Assembly (NCBI GenBank): GCA_012522765.1
Contig: JAAYJW010000193.1
Location: 1 to 63,014, forward strand
DNA length: 63,014 nucleotides
Direction of reading: 5' to 3'
Source of the DNA: a candidate division WS1 bacterium
GTDB taxonomy: Bacteria > Armatimonadota > Zipacnadia > Zipacnadales > UBA5352
The position numbers and the translations under genes are program-made. Positions within the stretch are counted from its first letter, which is position 1. Every line of letters begins with the position of its first letter. Shown in pieces: positions 16,548 through 26,052 of this stretch. Below the pieces are notes generated by a model. It worked only from the letters and a program-made list of their open reading frames with translations. It had not been told where the DNA came from and did no database searches.

Positions 16548-17695
16548 GGGGGAGCGTGAACGTGGAAACCGAAGCAACAAGGCCGCGCCGCATCGTGGCA
16601 AAAGTCGGCACGAGGCTGGTCGTGGATCCGGACGGCCAGGTCAGGCACGACTTTCTCTCGCGCATGGCGCGGGAGCTTCGCGGCCTCATGGACCAGGGCG
16701 TCGAGGTGCTGCTCGTCACCTCCGGAGCTGTGGGCATCGGCCGCAGGATGATCTTCCCGCCCGGCAGGCGGCTGCGCCCATCGGAGCGCCCCTCAGCCGC
16801 CGCGGTGGGTCAGCCGCTGCTGATGCGCTACTGGGCCGAAGCACTCACGAACGTGGATATCGCCTCCGCGCAGGTACTGCTGACGCAGGATGACGTGGTG
16901 GATCGCGGCCGCTGCATGCGGCTTCGCGACACGCTCGAGGACCTGCTGAGTTGGGGCGTACTGCCGATCCTCAATGAGAACGACAGCATCTCGGTTGAGA
17001 GCGTGACCTTCGGCGAAAACGATCTCATGGCCGCGATGGTCGCCGTGGCGATCACCCCGGCCGAATTGCTCGTGATGCTCTCCGACCAGGAAGGGCTGTT
17101 CACCGCCGATCCTCGGTCGGACGCGGCAGCCAGGCTGATCTGCCAGGTGCAGCCGCATGAGGACGTGGCGCAGTTTGCGTCAGGCGCCGGCGGGCCGGAG
17201 TCGCTGGGCGGCATGTCGGCGAAGATCGAGGCCGCGCGGCGCGCGACCGATTGCGGCATCCGTGTTGTGATCGCCGACGGTAACGCGGAGGGTGTGCTCG
17301 CGCGTGCGGTGAGGGGCGAGACGATCGGCACCTGCCTGCTCGCACGGCCGCGCATGCCCAGCCGCAAGGCATGGCTCGCCGTGCATCTGATGCCGCGCGG
17401 GGTGCTGGTGGTTGACGACGGAGCGCGCGAGGCCCTCCGGCAGTCGGATGGCGCGAGTCTGCTTCCCAGTGGAATCGTCGCGGTAACCGGCCATTTCCAT
17501 GAGGGCGATCTCGTGACCGTGCAGGACCGAGCGGGAAAAGAGATCGCGCGGGGTCTGGCCAACTACTCGGCCGCTGAAGTGGCCCGCATCATGGGCCATC
17601 ACTCATCTGAAATAGAGCAGGTGCTGGGGCGCGCAGGAGCCTCTGAAGTGATACACCGCGACGACATGGTCGTGAGTTCGATAGACACCGTTTGA
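16544..17695 (+). CDS. proB: Glutamate 5-kinase with PUA domain
   Basis: RIVAKVGT, VTSGAVG.G, AAAVGQ, PILNEND, FGENDL.AA.VA, GGM.AKI and C-terminal HRDDMV motifs. Confidence 0.96.
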   Translation: MRGSVNVETEATRPRRIVAKVGTRLVVDPDGQVRHDFLSRMARELRGLMDQGVEVLLVTSGAVGIGRRMIFPPGRRLRPSERPSAAAVGQPLLMRYWAEALTNVDIASAQVLLTQDDVVDRGRCMRLRDTLEDLLSWGVLPILNENDSISVESVTFGENDLMAAMVAVAITPAELLVMLSDQEGLFTADPRSDAAARLICQVQPHEDVAQFASGAGGPESLGGMSAKIEAARRATDCGIRVVIADGNAEGVLARAVRGETIGTCLLARPRMPSRKAWLAVHLMPRGVLVVDDGAREALRQSDGASLLPSGIVAVTGHFHEGDLVTVQDRAGKEIARGLANYSAAEVARIMGHHSSEIEQVLGRAGASEVIHRDDMVVSSIDTV

Positions 17696-17709
17696 GCGCG
17701 TGGTCGCTT

Positions 17710-17753
17710 AGACGCAAGTGGCCCTCGCCAGAAGGCGGGGGCCACTTGCGTCT
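17710..17753. terminator. Probable bidirectional terminator between convergent genes
   Basis: agacgcaagtggccctcgcc-agaa-ggcgggggccacttgcgtct, a stem of about 20 bp. Confidence 0.7.
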
Positions 17754-17774
17754 TGTGCATTGTGCGGATGAGCG

Positions 17775-18056
17775 TCAGTCGGTCGGTGGCGGGGGCGGTA
17801 CATCCGCGCCCTCGGCCGGGGCCTCTGCGCCCTCTGCCGGGACCTCTGCGCCCTCAGCCGGTGCCTCTACGCCCTCGGCCGGTGCATCTGCGCCCTCAGC
17901 GGGTGCGGGCTCCTCCACCGGCGGCGGCTCCGGCATCGGCTCCTCCGGCACGATGACCTCTTCCTGCTCTGCCGGACAGCCGCTAATGACCATCAACGCG
18001 GTCAACGACGCCACGAGCGCGATGATCATTACAACGATGCCCCACTTGCTCCTCAT
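17775..18056 (-). CDS. Small Pro/Ala/Glu-rich lipoprotein
   Basis: MRSKW + hydrophobic stretch + ISG-C lipobox; five PAEGxxx repeats. Confidence 0.7.
   Translation of the reverse strand: MRSKWGIVVMIIALVASLTALMVISGCPAEQEEVIVPEEPMPEPPPVEEPAPAEGADAPAEGVEAPAEGAEVPAEGAEAPAEGADVPPPPPTD
17801..17905. repeat. 21-bp in-frame tandem repeat x5
   Basis: Units c(a/c)tc(t/c)(g/a)cgccctc.gc.gg.. encode the PAEG(A/V)(E/D)(A/V) heptads. Confidence 0.9.
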
Positions 18057-18169
18057 AGGTGCAGCCTCCTTCTGCGACATTCGCCGCGTTCCCAGACGCA
18101 GCGTACCTTCATCGCCCTCGCGGGCGGTCCAGCCATGGGGTTTAACAACAACAACTCTCCTCGCGTTCC

Positions 18170-19036
18170 CTAGTTGCCGAGGAGGTCCGATTGAGAGTAG
18201 CTTCTGCGCAGCAGAAGGCCGGCGCGACGGATCTCATCCTCCGTGATCGGTCCGCCCTCCCGCAGAAGATCGTACTCGTATTCGGCGGAAATATCAATAC
18301 CCGGCCCAAAAGCATCTTCATCAATGTCGAGACAGTCGGTTGCGTCGAAGATCTCTTGCGACTTCTCGAAGCTGGCTTCAGCCGCATCCTCAAAGCCCGC
18401 GGCCCGCAGAACGTTCCCGATCCACCAGTGAAGCTGACCATCGAAGGCTTCGCCGCGCAGGCCATCCTGAAACGCGCTCACCGCGCTGAGGCACGCGAGG
18501 CGGAAGCGATCTTCATCATCAACTTCCCGCGTCCCTGCTTCCGCATTGTAGCGCGTAAACGCGTGTGTTGCAAGCTCGAATCTATTGTAGCCCAGAGCAA
18601 AGTGCACCAGCGGGTGATCCGCGCCGGAGCTGACTGCCGTCTCGAGCCGTTCGACTACACGATCAACCATGGCAAGCTGGTAGTAGCACTCAGCCGACAA
18701 CAGCAGGCGCCCGACCTCCGGCTCCCCGTCGGTCGCGTCTACGGCGATCTGCTCGAGCAGCACGCGCAGCCCGATGTCCCGCTTCTCGGCCGCGGAACGC
18801 ACGTTCCCAAGCGTAACCTGCTCTTCGGTGGCGAACGTCTCCAGCGCGCGATGGTATCGCTCAACTACTTCGAGGAACTCGGCGAAGCGGAGCCTGATCC
18901 CCTGTGAGGCCCGGCTTTCGCCGAAGAGGAACTCGGCGATCAGGCTGTAGTAGACGAGGGCGAAGGTCGAGATCGTCTCGTACTCGCCCAGCTTCTCCAG
19001 CCGATCATGGATTTCTTCCTGACCCGACCATGACAT
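18170..19036 (-). CDS. TPR-like hypothetical protein
   Basis: 288-aa helical ORF with TPR-like segments (HFALGYNRF; HWWIGNVLRAAG). Confidence 0.6.
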   Translation of the reverse strand: MSWSGQEEIHDRLEKLGEYETISTFALVYYSLIAEFLFGESRASQGIRLRFAEFLEVVERYHRALETFATEEQVTLGNVRSAAEKRDIGLRVLLEQIAVDATDGEPEVGRLLLSAECYYQLAMVDRVVERLETAVSSGADHPLVHFALGYNRFELATHAFTRYNAEAGTREVDDEDRFRLACLSAVSAFQDGLRGEAFDGQLHWWIGNVLRAAGFEDAAEASFEKSQEIFDATDCLDIDEDAFGPGIDISAEYEYDLLREGGPITEDEIRRAGLLLRRSYSQSDLLGN

Positions 19037-19131
19037 TGCTGCGATGACAACCCCTCACCCGGTCCTCAGTGATACGCCAACGGACAATTCCCCGCCCTGC
19101 TGCAGAGACCTCCTCGTGCGGAGGCAATAGA

Positions 19132-19158
19132 GACGGGGGCCCGAAAGGGGCCCCCGTC
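19132..19158 (-). terminator. Hairpin downstream of rplL, probable terminator
   Basis: gacgggggccc-gaaag-gggcccccgtc. Confidence 0.65.
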
Positions 19159-19180
19159 GAAGCGTCGGAATGCGGTGCAA

Positions 19181-19558
19181 CTACTTCAGTTCGATCTTCG
19201 CACCGGCCTCTTCGAGCTTCTTCTTCATGTCCTCGGCCTCTTCCTTCGAGACCTGCTCGACCACGACGGCGCCCGGAGCTGACTCGACAAGCTCCTTGGC
19301 CTCCTTCAGACCGAGGGAGGTGCTGACCTCGCGCACCGCCTTGATCACCTTGATCTTCTCGGCGCCAGCATCGGCGATGATGACGTCGAACTCCGTCTGC
19401 TCCTCTTCCTCAGCCGCGGCAGCCGGACCGACCCCACCGGCCATTGCAACCGGAGCAGCAGCCGTTACGCCGTACTTCTCCTGGAGCTGGTCCTTCAGCT
19501 CGACGAGCTGCAGGACTGTGAGCTGGTCTATCGCTTCAATGATCTCGTCAACCGTCAT
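19181..19558 (-). CDS. rplL: 50S ribosomal protein L7/L12
   Basis: [35 protein letters not shown] motifs. Confidence 0.99.
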   Translation of the reverse strand: MTVDEIIEAIDQLTVLQLVELKDQLQEKYGVTAAAPVAMAGGVGPAAAAEEEEQTEFDVIIADAGAEKIKVIKAVREVSTSLGLKEAKELVESAPGAVVVEQVSKEEAEDMKKKLEEAGAKIELK

Positions 19559-19606
19559 TATGCTCTCTCCTCATGTCCTACTGTGAATACTATCTGCGCG
19601 CTTGCG

Positions 19607-20140
19607 TTAAGCGGCTGCTTCGCCGCGCTTGTCGGCTACTGCCTGCAGCGTGAACACCAGGTCCGAAACAAGGCCGCTGAGCGTGTACACGAACCCTGTG
19701 ACCGGTGAAGCGATGCCTCCAACGACAGTCGCCCGAAGTTCGTCGAGCGGCGGAACCTTCGACAGCTTGTCGATCTGCTCGGCGCTGAGTATCTCGCCGT
19801 CAACGACGCCGGCCTTCACCGGCGGCTGATCGTGGCTCTCGGCGAAAGTGGCCAGCACCTTCAGCGGTTCCACCGGATCATCGCCGCAATACGTGATCGC
19901 GTTCGGCCCGGCCAGCATCTCCGCGAGGCTCTCGTAATCGGTCCCCTCGACGGCGACCTTGAGCAGGCGGTTCTTCACCACCTGCATGTGACCGCCCGCC
20001 TCCAGCAGTTGCCCACGAAGCTCGGTGGCCGCCGATACGGACAGACCCTGAAAGGCCGTCAGGTATACGCTGCCGGCGTCCTCGAGATGCTCCCGCATCT
20101 CCTCTACCATCTGCTTCTTCTCTTTGGTCGGAATCTTCAT
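19607..20140 (-). CDS. rplJ: 50S ribosomal protein L10
   Basis: QVVKNRLL, GPNAI and final L..VADK motifs; syntenic with rplL. Confidence 0.97.
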   Translation of the reverse strand: MKIPTKEKKQMVEEMREHLEDAGSVYLTAFQGLSVSAATELRGQLLEAGGHMQVVKNRLLKVAVEGTDYESLAEMLAGPNAITYCGDDPVEPLKVLATFAESHDQPPVKAGVVDGEILSAEQIDKLSKVPPLDELRATVVGGIASPVTGFVYTLSGLVSDLVFTLQAVADKRGEAAA

Positions 20141-20179
20141 TCACCTCCCCGTATGGGCGGCACCCAAAACCAAAAACGG

Positions 20180-20315
20180 GAGCGCCGAGTAGCAGGCGCT
20201 CCCGTGGCGGCAGTTGCGGTGCCGTCAAACGGTGGCATCCTGGCCTCGGCAGGCGGAGCCTCGGTATCTCGGCCCCATTACGCCCCCGTTGGGGGCACCG
20301 GCTGTCTTAAGCCCG
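20180..20315 (-). promoter_or_regulatory. L10 leader (rplJL autoregulatory RNA)
   Basis: Minus strand TAAGACAGCCGGTG...CCTGCCGAGG between rplA and rplJ resembles the L10_leader consensus; boundaries approximate. Confidence 0.7.
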
Positions 20316-20345
20316 GAATCGGCTGTTGTATGTGCAGCGGAGGTC

Positions 20346-21050
20346 TTACGCGGCTCGCCGCGCAAGGAACTCCGTAACGTCAACCTTTACGCCCGGCCCC
20401 ATCGTGGCCGAGAATGTGATGCTTCTGATGTACCGACCGGCCAGCGACGCCGGGCGGGCTGCGATCACAGCATCAATCAGCGTGCGGAAGTTCTCCTCAA
20501 GCTGCTCCGCGCTGAATGAGGTCAGGCCCAGCGGCACATGCAGCACCGCGCCGCGGTCCATCTTGAACTCGACCTTGCCGCCCTTGAGCGATGCGACGGC
20601 CCCGGCAATGTCATCGGTGATATTGCCGGCCTTCTTGGAAGGCATTCGCGGGCCTAGCTGCTTGCCCAGCGGGCCGACCACGCGCATCATCTGCGGCTGC
20701 GCCACGAGGATGTCGAACTCGTCCCAGCCGTTGCGGATGGCCTCGACCAGGTCCTCACCACCGACGCGGTCGGCGCCTGCGGCCTCTGCCGCACGCACCG
20801 CCTCGCCCTCAGCGAAGACCGCGACCCGCGGAACCTTGCCCGTGCCATGCGGGAGCATGACCGTGCCGCGAACGTTCTGATCGCCCTTGCCCGGCGTGAC
20901 GCCGAGCTTGATGGCGCAATCCATCGTCTCGTCGAAGTTGGCGGTGGCCGTCTCCTTCACCAGGGCGATGGCTTCCGCCACCGGAAGGTAGACGCTGGCG
21001 TCCACCTTCTCCCTGCTCTCCTCATACCGCCTGCTCATCGTGCGTGCCAT
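20346..21050 (-). CDS. rplA: 50S ribosomal protein L1
   Basis: FDET, DQNVRG.V.LPHGTGK, LGPR.MPS.K.G, EFKMD and TMGPGVK motifs. Confidence 0.98.
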   Translation of the reverse strand: MARTMSRRYEESREKVDASVYLPVAEAIALVKETATANFDETMDCAIKLGVTPGKGDQNVRGTVMLPHGTGKVPRVAVFAEGEAVRAAEAAGADRVGGEDLVEAIRNGWDEFDILVAQPQMMRVVGPLGKQLGPRMPSKKAGNITDDIAGAVASLKGGKVEFKMDRGAVLHVPLGLTSFSAEQLEENFRTLIDAVIAARPASLAGRYIRSITFSATMGPGVKVDVTEFLARRAA

Positions 21051-21090
21051 GCAACTCACCTCGGGGTGCGGCAAATCCACTTTCGAGCGC

Positions 21091-21642
21091 CTACTCCTGC
21101 TCCTGATCCTCTGCGGCCTCGGTCTCGGCTGCCACCTCGCCAACAGGTGCGGCGGGCGCCTCGACCTCCTGCTCGACCACGGTGTCCTCAGGCGCAACAT
21201 ACTCGGCGCCGGTCGCCTTCTCAACGACCTTAATGCCCATGCTCCGCGCGGTGCCGGCAACGATGCGAGCACCGGCGTCGATGTCGCGGGCGTTCAGGTC
21301 CTCCAACTTGACCTGAGCGATATCACGTACCTGGTCCCACGTGACCTCGCCCACCAGCATCTTACCCGCCTGTCCACTGGCGGTCTCAAGGCCTGCCGCC
21401 TTCTTCAGAAGGCTGGAGGCCGGCGGGCTCTTTCGGATGAAATCGAAGCTGCGGTCCTGGTAGACTGTGATCTCCACCGGGATGATGTCACCCATCTGCT
21501 GAGCCGTCTGGGCGTTGAACGTCTTGCAGAAATCCATGATGTTCAGTCCGTGCTGACCGAGCGCGGGCCCCACGGGGGGCGCGGGCGTGGCCTTGCCGGC
21601 CGGAACCTGCAGCTTGATGACGGTCATTACCTTCTTGGCCAT
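21091..21642 (-). CDS. rplK: 50S ribosomal protein L11 with an acidic C-terminal extension
   Basis: [27 protein letters not shown] and GTARSMG motifs; 183 aa. Confidence 0.99.
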   Translation of the reverse strand: MAKKVMTVIKLQVPAGKATPAPPVGPALGQHGLNIMDFCKTFNAQTAQQMGDIIPVEITVYQDRSFDFIRKSPPASSLLKKAAGLETASGQAGKMLVGEVTWDQVRDIAQVKLEDLNARDIDAGARIVAGTARSMGIKVVEKATGAEYVAPEDTVVEQEVEAPAAPVGEVAAETEAAEDQEQE

Positions 21643-21681
21643 CTCGGGCGCTCCTCACGCCGCGCGCCTGCCGGCGGGCGA

Positions 21682-22206
21682 CTAAAGCTTCTCTACCTGC
21701 GTAAAATCCAGTTCAACCGGGGTCTCCCGGCCGAAGATGGATATCAGGACCTTGAGCGTCTCACGCTCGGGGTTCACTTCGATGATCTTGCCGGTAAACT
21801 CACCGAATGGCCCCTCGGTCACACGAACGCTCTGGTCGATCGTCCATGTGGTCTTCGGCCGCTGGCTCTCCTCGCCAACGACCTCGAGGATCTGCTGCAC
21901 CTCGTCCGGCCGCAGCGGCACCGGCTCGTCCGACGAACCGACAAAATGCGTCACCCCATTCGTCTGGGTGATAAGCTGGCGCATCTCATCAGTCGCATCG
22001 ACTTCGATCAGCACGTAGCCGGGGTAGAGCTTGCGCTTCACTTCCCGGCGCTGACCGCCTGCCGATCGGATCTCCGTCTCCGTCGGCACCAGAATGCGGC
22101 CGAGCAGGTGTGACAGGTCCTTGGCCTCGGCCCGCTTTTCAAGGCTGGCCTTGACCTTGTTCTCCTTCCCTGTCAACGTGTGCAACACGTACCATTGCTT
22201 TGCCAT
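21682..22206 (-). CDS. nusG: Transcription antitermination factor NusG
   Basis: WYV.HT..G.E, YPGYVL, GPF..F.G and V.ISIFGRETPVEL.F.QVEK motifs. Confidence 0.99.
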   Translation of the reverse strand: MAKQWYVLHTLTGKENKVKASLEKRAEAKDLSHLLGRILVPTETEIRSAGGQRREVKRKLYPGYVLIEVDATDEMRQLITQTNGVTHFVGSSDEPVPLRPDEVQQILEVVGEESQRPKTTWTIDQSVRVTEGPFGEFTGKIIEVNPERETLKVLISIFGRETPVELDFTQVEKL

Positions 22207-22248
22207 GGTCCCGCCTTCTGGCGACTTGCGCGACTTTATGTTCTGCGG

Positions 22249-22461
22249 CTACTCGTAGAGGCGCAGAGCCCCGACGAGCCTCGTGAATACCAGATCGAGC
22301 AGCCCGATCCACACCGCGATGATCGCCACAGACACGATGACGACACCTGTGAAGGCGTGTGTCTCCTCGTGAGAGGGCCATACCACGCGCTGCAGTTCCA
22401 TCCAGACATCTTTGAGGAACCGGCCGATTGATCGGAACGGGCGCCTGACACGCTCTAGCAT
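22249..22461 (-). CDS. secE: Preprotein translocase SecE
   Basis: FLKDV..EL.RV.WPS plus a single TM helix; upstream of nusG. Confidence 0.93.
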   Translation of the reverse strand: MLERVRRPFRSIGRFLKDVWMELQRVVWPSHEETHAFTGVVIVSVAIIAVWIGLLDLVFTRLVGALRLYE

Positions 22462-22617
22462 CTGTTTCCTCTCCCCGACGGCCCCGCGGGGCGCCGGGTC
22501 CGTCGCCCGGGGATTCTCTCCCCGGAGGCGCACGGCGGGCGCCGAAGTATCTGCGCCCGCGTGCTCATTATACTCCGCTGTGCATCACATGAACCCGAAC
22601 TGCACGGGACGGGCTGC

Positions 22618-22694
22618 TGGCAGGGGCAGCGGGACTCGAACCCACAACCGCCGGTTTTGGAGACCGGTGCTCTGCCAAATTGAGCTATGCCCCT
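22618..22694 (-). tRNA. tRNA-Trp (CCA)
   Basis: AGGGGCATAGCTCAATTTGGCAGAGC...CT-CCA-AA...GTTCGAGTCC...CCA cloverleaf. Confidence 0.97.
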
Positions 22695-22725
22695 ACCACG
22701 ACTGCCTGGGGCGAACGCGGCCTCA

Positions 22726-22887
22726 CTACTTCTTCAGCCGCGTCTCCTCGTGCTCCGTATGCTTGCGGCAACGCTGACAATGCTTCTTCAGCGTCATCTT
22801 GTTCGGCGAGTTCTGCCGATTCTTTTCGGTGTAGTAATTGTTCGCGCCACAGTCGCTGCAGCGCATGATGATCTTAGTTGCGGGCAT
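22726..22887 (-). CDS. rpmG: 50S ribosomal protein L33, Zn-binding form (53 aa; below the ORF track cutoff)
   Basis: [53 protein letters not shown]. Confidence 0.95.
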   Translation of the reverse strand: MPATKIIMRCSDCGANNYYTEKNRQNSPNKMTLKKHCQRCRKHTEHEETRLKK

Positions 22888-22905
22888 TGTCTCTCACATC
22901 CGCCC

Positions 22906-24108
22906 TTAGTCGATGACCTTGGTGACCACGCCGGCGCCGACGGTCAGACCGCCCTCGCGAATGGCGAAGCGAACGCCCTGCTCCATGGCGATGGGCTGGA
23001 TCAGCTCCACCGACACGGTGACGTCGTCGCCCGGCATGACCATCTCGGTGCCCTCCGGCAGCGCCACATCGCCGGTTACGTCGGTGGTGCGGAAGTAGAA
23101 CTGCGGCCGGTAGCCGGTGAAGAACGGCTTGTGGCGGCCACCCTCAGCCTGGGTCAGAACGTAGACCTGGCCCTCGAACTTGATGTGCGGCTTGATACTG
23201 CCGGGCTTCGCGATGACCTGGCCGCGCTCGACCTCATCGCGCTCCACGCCGCGCAGCAGCAGGCCGACGTTGTCGCCCGCCAGACCCTCGTCGAGCGTCT
23301 TGCGGAACATCTCGACGCCGGTGACGACTGACTTGCGGGTCTCGTGCAGGCCGATGATCTCAACCTCGTCGCCGGTGTGGACCATGCCGCGGTCCACGCG
23401 GCCGGTAGCAACCGTGCCGCGACCGGAGATGGTGAAGACGTCCTCGACCGGCATCAGGAACGGCTGATCCACCGGGCGGTCCGGGGTCGGAACGAAGCTG
23501 TCAACCGCGTCGAGCAGTTCGAAGATCGGGCCGCACTTCTCGCACTCCCGACCGCCGCAGCCGCACTCCATGGCCTGCAGGGCGGAACCGGCAATGACGG
23601 GAGTGTCGTCGCCGGGGAAGTCGTGGGAGCTGAGCAGATCGCGGACCTCAAGCTCGACGAGCTCGAGCAGCTCGGGGTCGGCGATGTCAACCTTGTTCAG
23701 GAAGACGACCATCGCGGGAACGTCTACCTGGCGAGCGAGCAGCACGTGCTCGTGGGTCTGCGGCATGGGGCCGTCCGTTGCCGCGACGACCAGAATGGCG
23801 CCGTCCATCTGCGCCGCACCGGTGATCATGTTCTTGATGTAGTCGCGGTGACCGGGGCAGTCCACGTGTGCGTAGTGGCGCTCCTTGGTCTCATACTCGA
23901 CGTGACAGGTCGCGATCGTGACGCCGCGGTCGCGCTCCTCGGGAGCGTTGTCGATCTGATCGAAGTCAAGTGCCGTGGCCGAGCCCTCGTCGGAGTTGGC
24001 CAGACACCTGGTGATCGCGGAGGTCAGCGTCGTCTTGCCATGGTCAACGTGACCGATGGTACCAACGTTCACGTGCGGCTTTGTTCGCTCGAAATGTTGC
24101 CTCGCCAT
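22906..24108 (-). CDS. tuf: Elongation factor Tu
   Basis: [23 protein letters not shown] and [21 protein letters not shown] motifs. Confidence 0.99.
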   Translation of the reverse strand: MARQHFERTKPHVNVGTIGHVDHGKTTLTSAITRCLANSDEGSATALDFDQIDNAPEERDRGVTIATCHVEYETKERHYAHVDCPGHRDYIKNMITGAAQMDGAILVVAATDGPMPQTHEHVLLARQVDVPAMVVFLNKVDIADPELLELVELEVRDLLSSHDFPGDDTPVIAGSALQAMECGCGGRECEKCGPIFELLDAVDSFVPTPDRPVDQPFLMPVEDVFTISGRGTVATGRVDRGMVHTGDEVEIIGLHETRKSVVTGVEMFRKTLDEGLAGDNVGLLLRGVERDEVERGQVIAKPGSIKPHIKFEGQVYVLTQAEGGRHKPFFTGYRPQFYFRTTDVTGDVALPEGTEMVMPGDDVTVSVELIQPIAMEQGVRFAIREGGLTVGAGVVTKVID

Positions 24109-24263
24109 GATACTTCATTGCCTCCTAGACGCTGTGAGCTGCCCGCGGGTCCCGGGGCAGTGATTCCCGGCCGACAGTCGGCCGAGAGGCCGACGGTATT
24201 GCCGGCCTGTCCGCTTGATGAGTCTTCTCCCCGGCATTGGCCGGGCCGCTACACGAAAAACAC

Positions 24264-24339
24264 TGGAGCCCACGACCGGATTTGAACCGGTGACCTTGTC
24301 CTTACCAAGGACACGCTCTACCAACTGAGCTACGTGGGC
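24264..24339 (-). tRNA. tRNA-Thr (GGT)
   Basis: GCCCACGTAGCTCAGTTGGTAGAGC...TT-GGT-AA...GGTTCAAATCC...CCA. Confidence 0.97.
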
Positions 24340-24347
24340 GATGGTGA

Positions 24348-24433
<86 letters not shown>

Positions 24434-24485
24434 ACCCGAACCTGGTTGTCAACGTCACCCCGGCGCCGTCCGACTCACTCAACTG

Positions 24486-24560
24486 TGGAGCCGGCGATCC
24501 GATTCGAACGGACGACCTGCTCATTACAAGTGAGCTGCTCTACCACTGAGCTACGCCGGC
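24486..24560 (-). tRNA. tRNA-Thr (TGT)
   Basis: GCCGGCGTAGCTCAGTGGTAGAGC...TT-TGT-like loop CTTGTAA...GTTCGAATC...CCA. Confidence 0.96.
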
Positions 24561-24601
24561 CCGATGCAATGCCCACCGGGGCGTACCCCGGCGGGCATCT
24601 T

Positions 24602-24630
24602 ATCATAACAATATTGCCCGACTATGTCCA
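24602..24630 (-). promoter_or_regulatory. Sigma70-type promoter for the tRNA-tuf operon
   Basis: TGGACA-N17-TATGAT on the minus strand. Confidence 0.6.
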
Positions 24631-24639
24631 GCCCCGATT

Positions 24640-25284
24640 TCAGTGCGACACCGCACCCTGCGGGACGTGATCCTCGAGTTTCTTCTTCGCCCGCTGCAGG
24701 GCATTGTCAACCTGCTTGACGTTCGTTCCGAGGCTGTCCGCGATGTCCCGGTAGGAGTAGCCCTGGAGATACTGGCGTAGCACCTCGCGCTCGAGTTCGG
24801 ACAATGACCTGTCCATCTCGGCGGTTACGCGACGCTGCAACTCCCGGCCCACGACCAGCGACTCGGGGCCGTCCGAATTCTCATCGGCCAGCACCTCCTC
24901 GAGCATCCCCTCATCCTCGAGTTCAGACGCCGCCGCTTCCATCGAAACATACGCGTTGAGCGCATTGTGCTTCTGACGACTGGCGCACTTGACTGCGCTG
25001 ATGATCTGGCGCGTTACACACAGCGCCGCGAACTTTCGAAAGCCACCGAATCGGTGCAGGGAGAAATCCCTTATCGCCTTGTAGAGGCCGATCATGCCCT
25101 CCTGGATGACGTCCTCGCGCTCCGCACCCATGAGGAAGTAGCTCTTCGCCTTCGCCTCAACCAGGCCCTGATACTTGCGCAGCAGATACTCCGTTGCGTC
25201 GCCTCGACCCTCTTTGGCGAGGGCGATCACGTCGTCTTCCGGCATTCTCCGCAGTGTACGATACTGCCTCGCCGACCCCTTCAT
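24640..25284 (-). CDS. sigH: RNA polymerase sigma factor, SigH-like
   Basis: KA.SYFL.GAEREDV.QEGMIGLYKAIRDF, RQIISAVK.A.RQKH..LN.Y.S and SY..IA..L....K.VDNALQR.K.KL motifs. Confidence 0.88.
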   Translation of the reverse strand: MKGSARQYRTLRRMPEDDVIALAKEGRGDATEYLLRKYQGLVEAKAKSYFLMGAEREDVIQEGMIGLYKAIRDFSLHRFGGFRKFAALCVTRQIISAVKCASRQKHNALNAYVSMEAAASELEDEGMLEEVLADENSDGPESLVVGRELQRRVTAEMDRSLSELEREVLRQYLQGYSYRDIADSLGTNVKQVDNALQRAKKKLEDHVPQGAVSH

Positions 25285-25437
25285 GAAACCCCACCTCCAC
25301 GTTATGAAGCACACGCTTCTCGTACAGAATCGGCCTCCACGGCCGACTCGCGTTGTGAATGCGTATCGGTTGCTTCCGAATGTCCTCATTCCAATGAGCT
25401 CTTGCCCAAGCACCCGACGGCACTTGGACGGGTCTAA

Positions 25438-25467
25438 ACTATAGCCCATGCGGCGGGCGAAAGTCAA
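25438..25467 (-). promoter_or_regulatory. Sigma70-type promoter upstream of sigH
   Basis: TTGACT-N18-TATAGT on the minus strand. Confidence 0.55.
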
Positions 25468-25538
25468 GCACGACTCTTACAGCGTATGGCGTCTGGAGCG
25501 GGCCATCACCGCATCGTAGCGACAGATCGAAGCGCCGG

Positions 25539-25772
25539 TCAATGCGTGCTGTACCAGATGACCGCCCCGACGGTCATGGCCACAATCCAGCCGATTGCGA
25601 AGTACTTGGTGAGGCGTGCCAGCAGTTCTTCCCGGGTGCCCTTGCGGAACTGACTCGAGTCGGTTCCACCCATGGCGGCCGAGAAGCTTTCAGCCTTCGA
25701 TGTCTGCATGACGACGGAGACAATCAGGCCGATTGCCAACAACGCTGAAATGATCTGAATGATGACCATCAT
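25539..25772 (-). CDS. secG: Preprotein translocase SecG
   Basis: TM1-Q.SK...FSAAMGG...E.LL.RLT-TM2 architecture, 77 aa. Confidence 0.85.
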   Translation of the reverse strand: MMVIIQIISALLAIGLIVSVVMQTSKAESFSAAMGGTDSSQFRKGTREELLARLTKYFAIGWIVAMTVGAVIWYSTH

Positions 25773-26052
25773 GGCGGTTGCATACCTCTTAGCGGTCTTC
25801 TGGCGCGCCCGATACCGCGCAGTGGCGGCGAGATTCTCACAGGTCGAATCTATTCGTTCGCGCCGCATCTGTCAATGCCGTCCGCAGAAGTCATAGGTGA
25901 CTCGCGGGGTGCAATAGTATGCTCCGGCCCTGATGTCGGGACCGGAGCGTTGACACATTACACTATCTCGGCGCGTGGGTCAAGGTTGTCGTGCGAACCC
26001 TCATCTGGTAATATTGCAGGCGACAGCCCAATCTCGGGCGCGTGGAGGTCAT

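Noticed and set aside
20346-21272. N-terminally extended L1 (308 aa), and similar long starts for sigH, argG and secG in the ORF track
   Set aside because: The extensions overlap upstream genes or leaders; downstream starts with RBS give normal family lengths.
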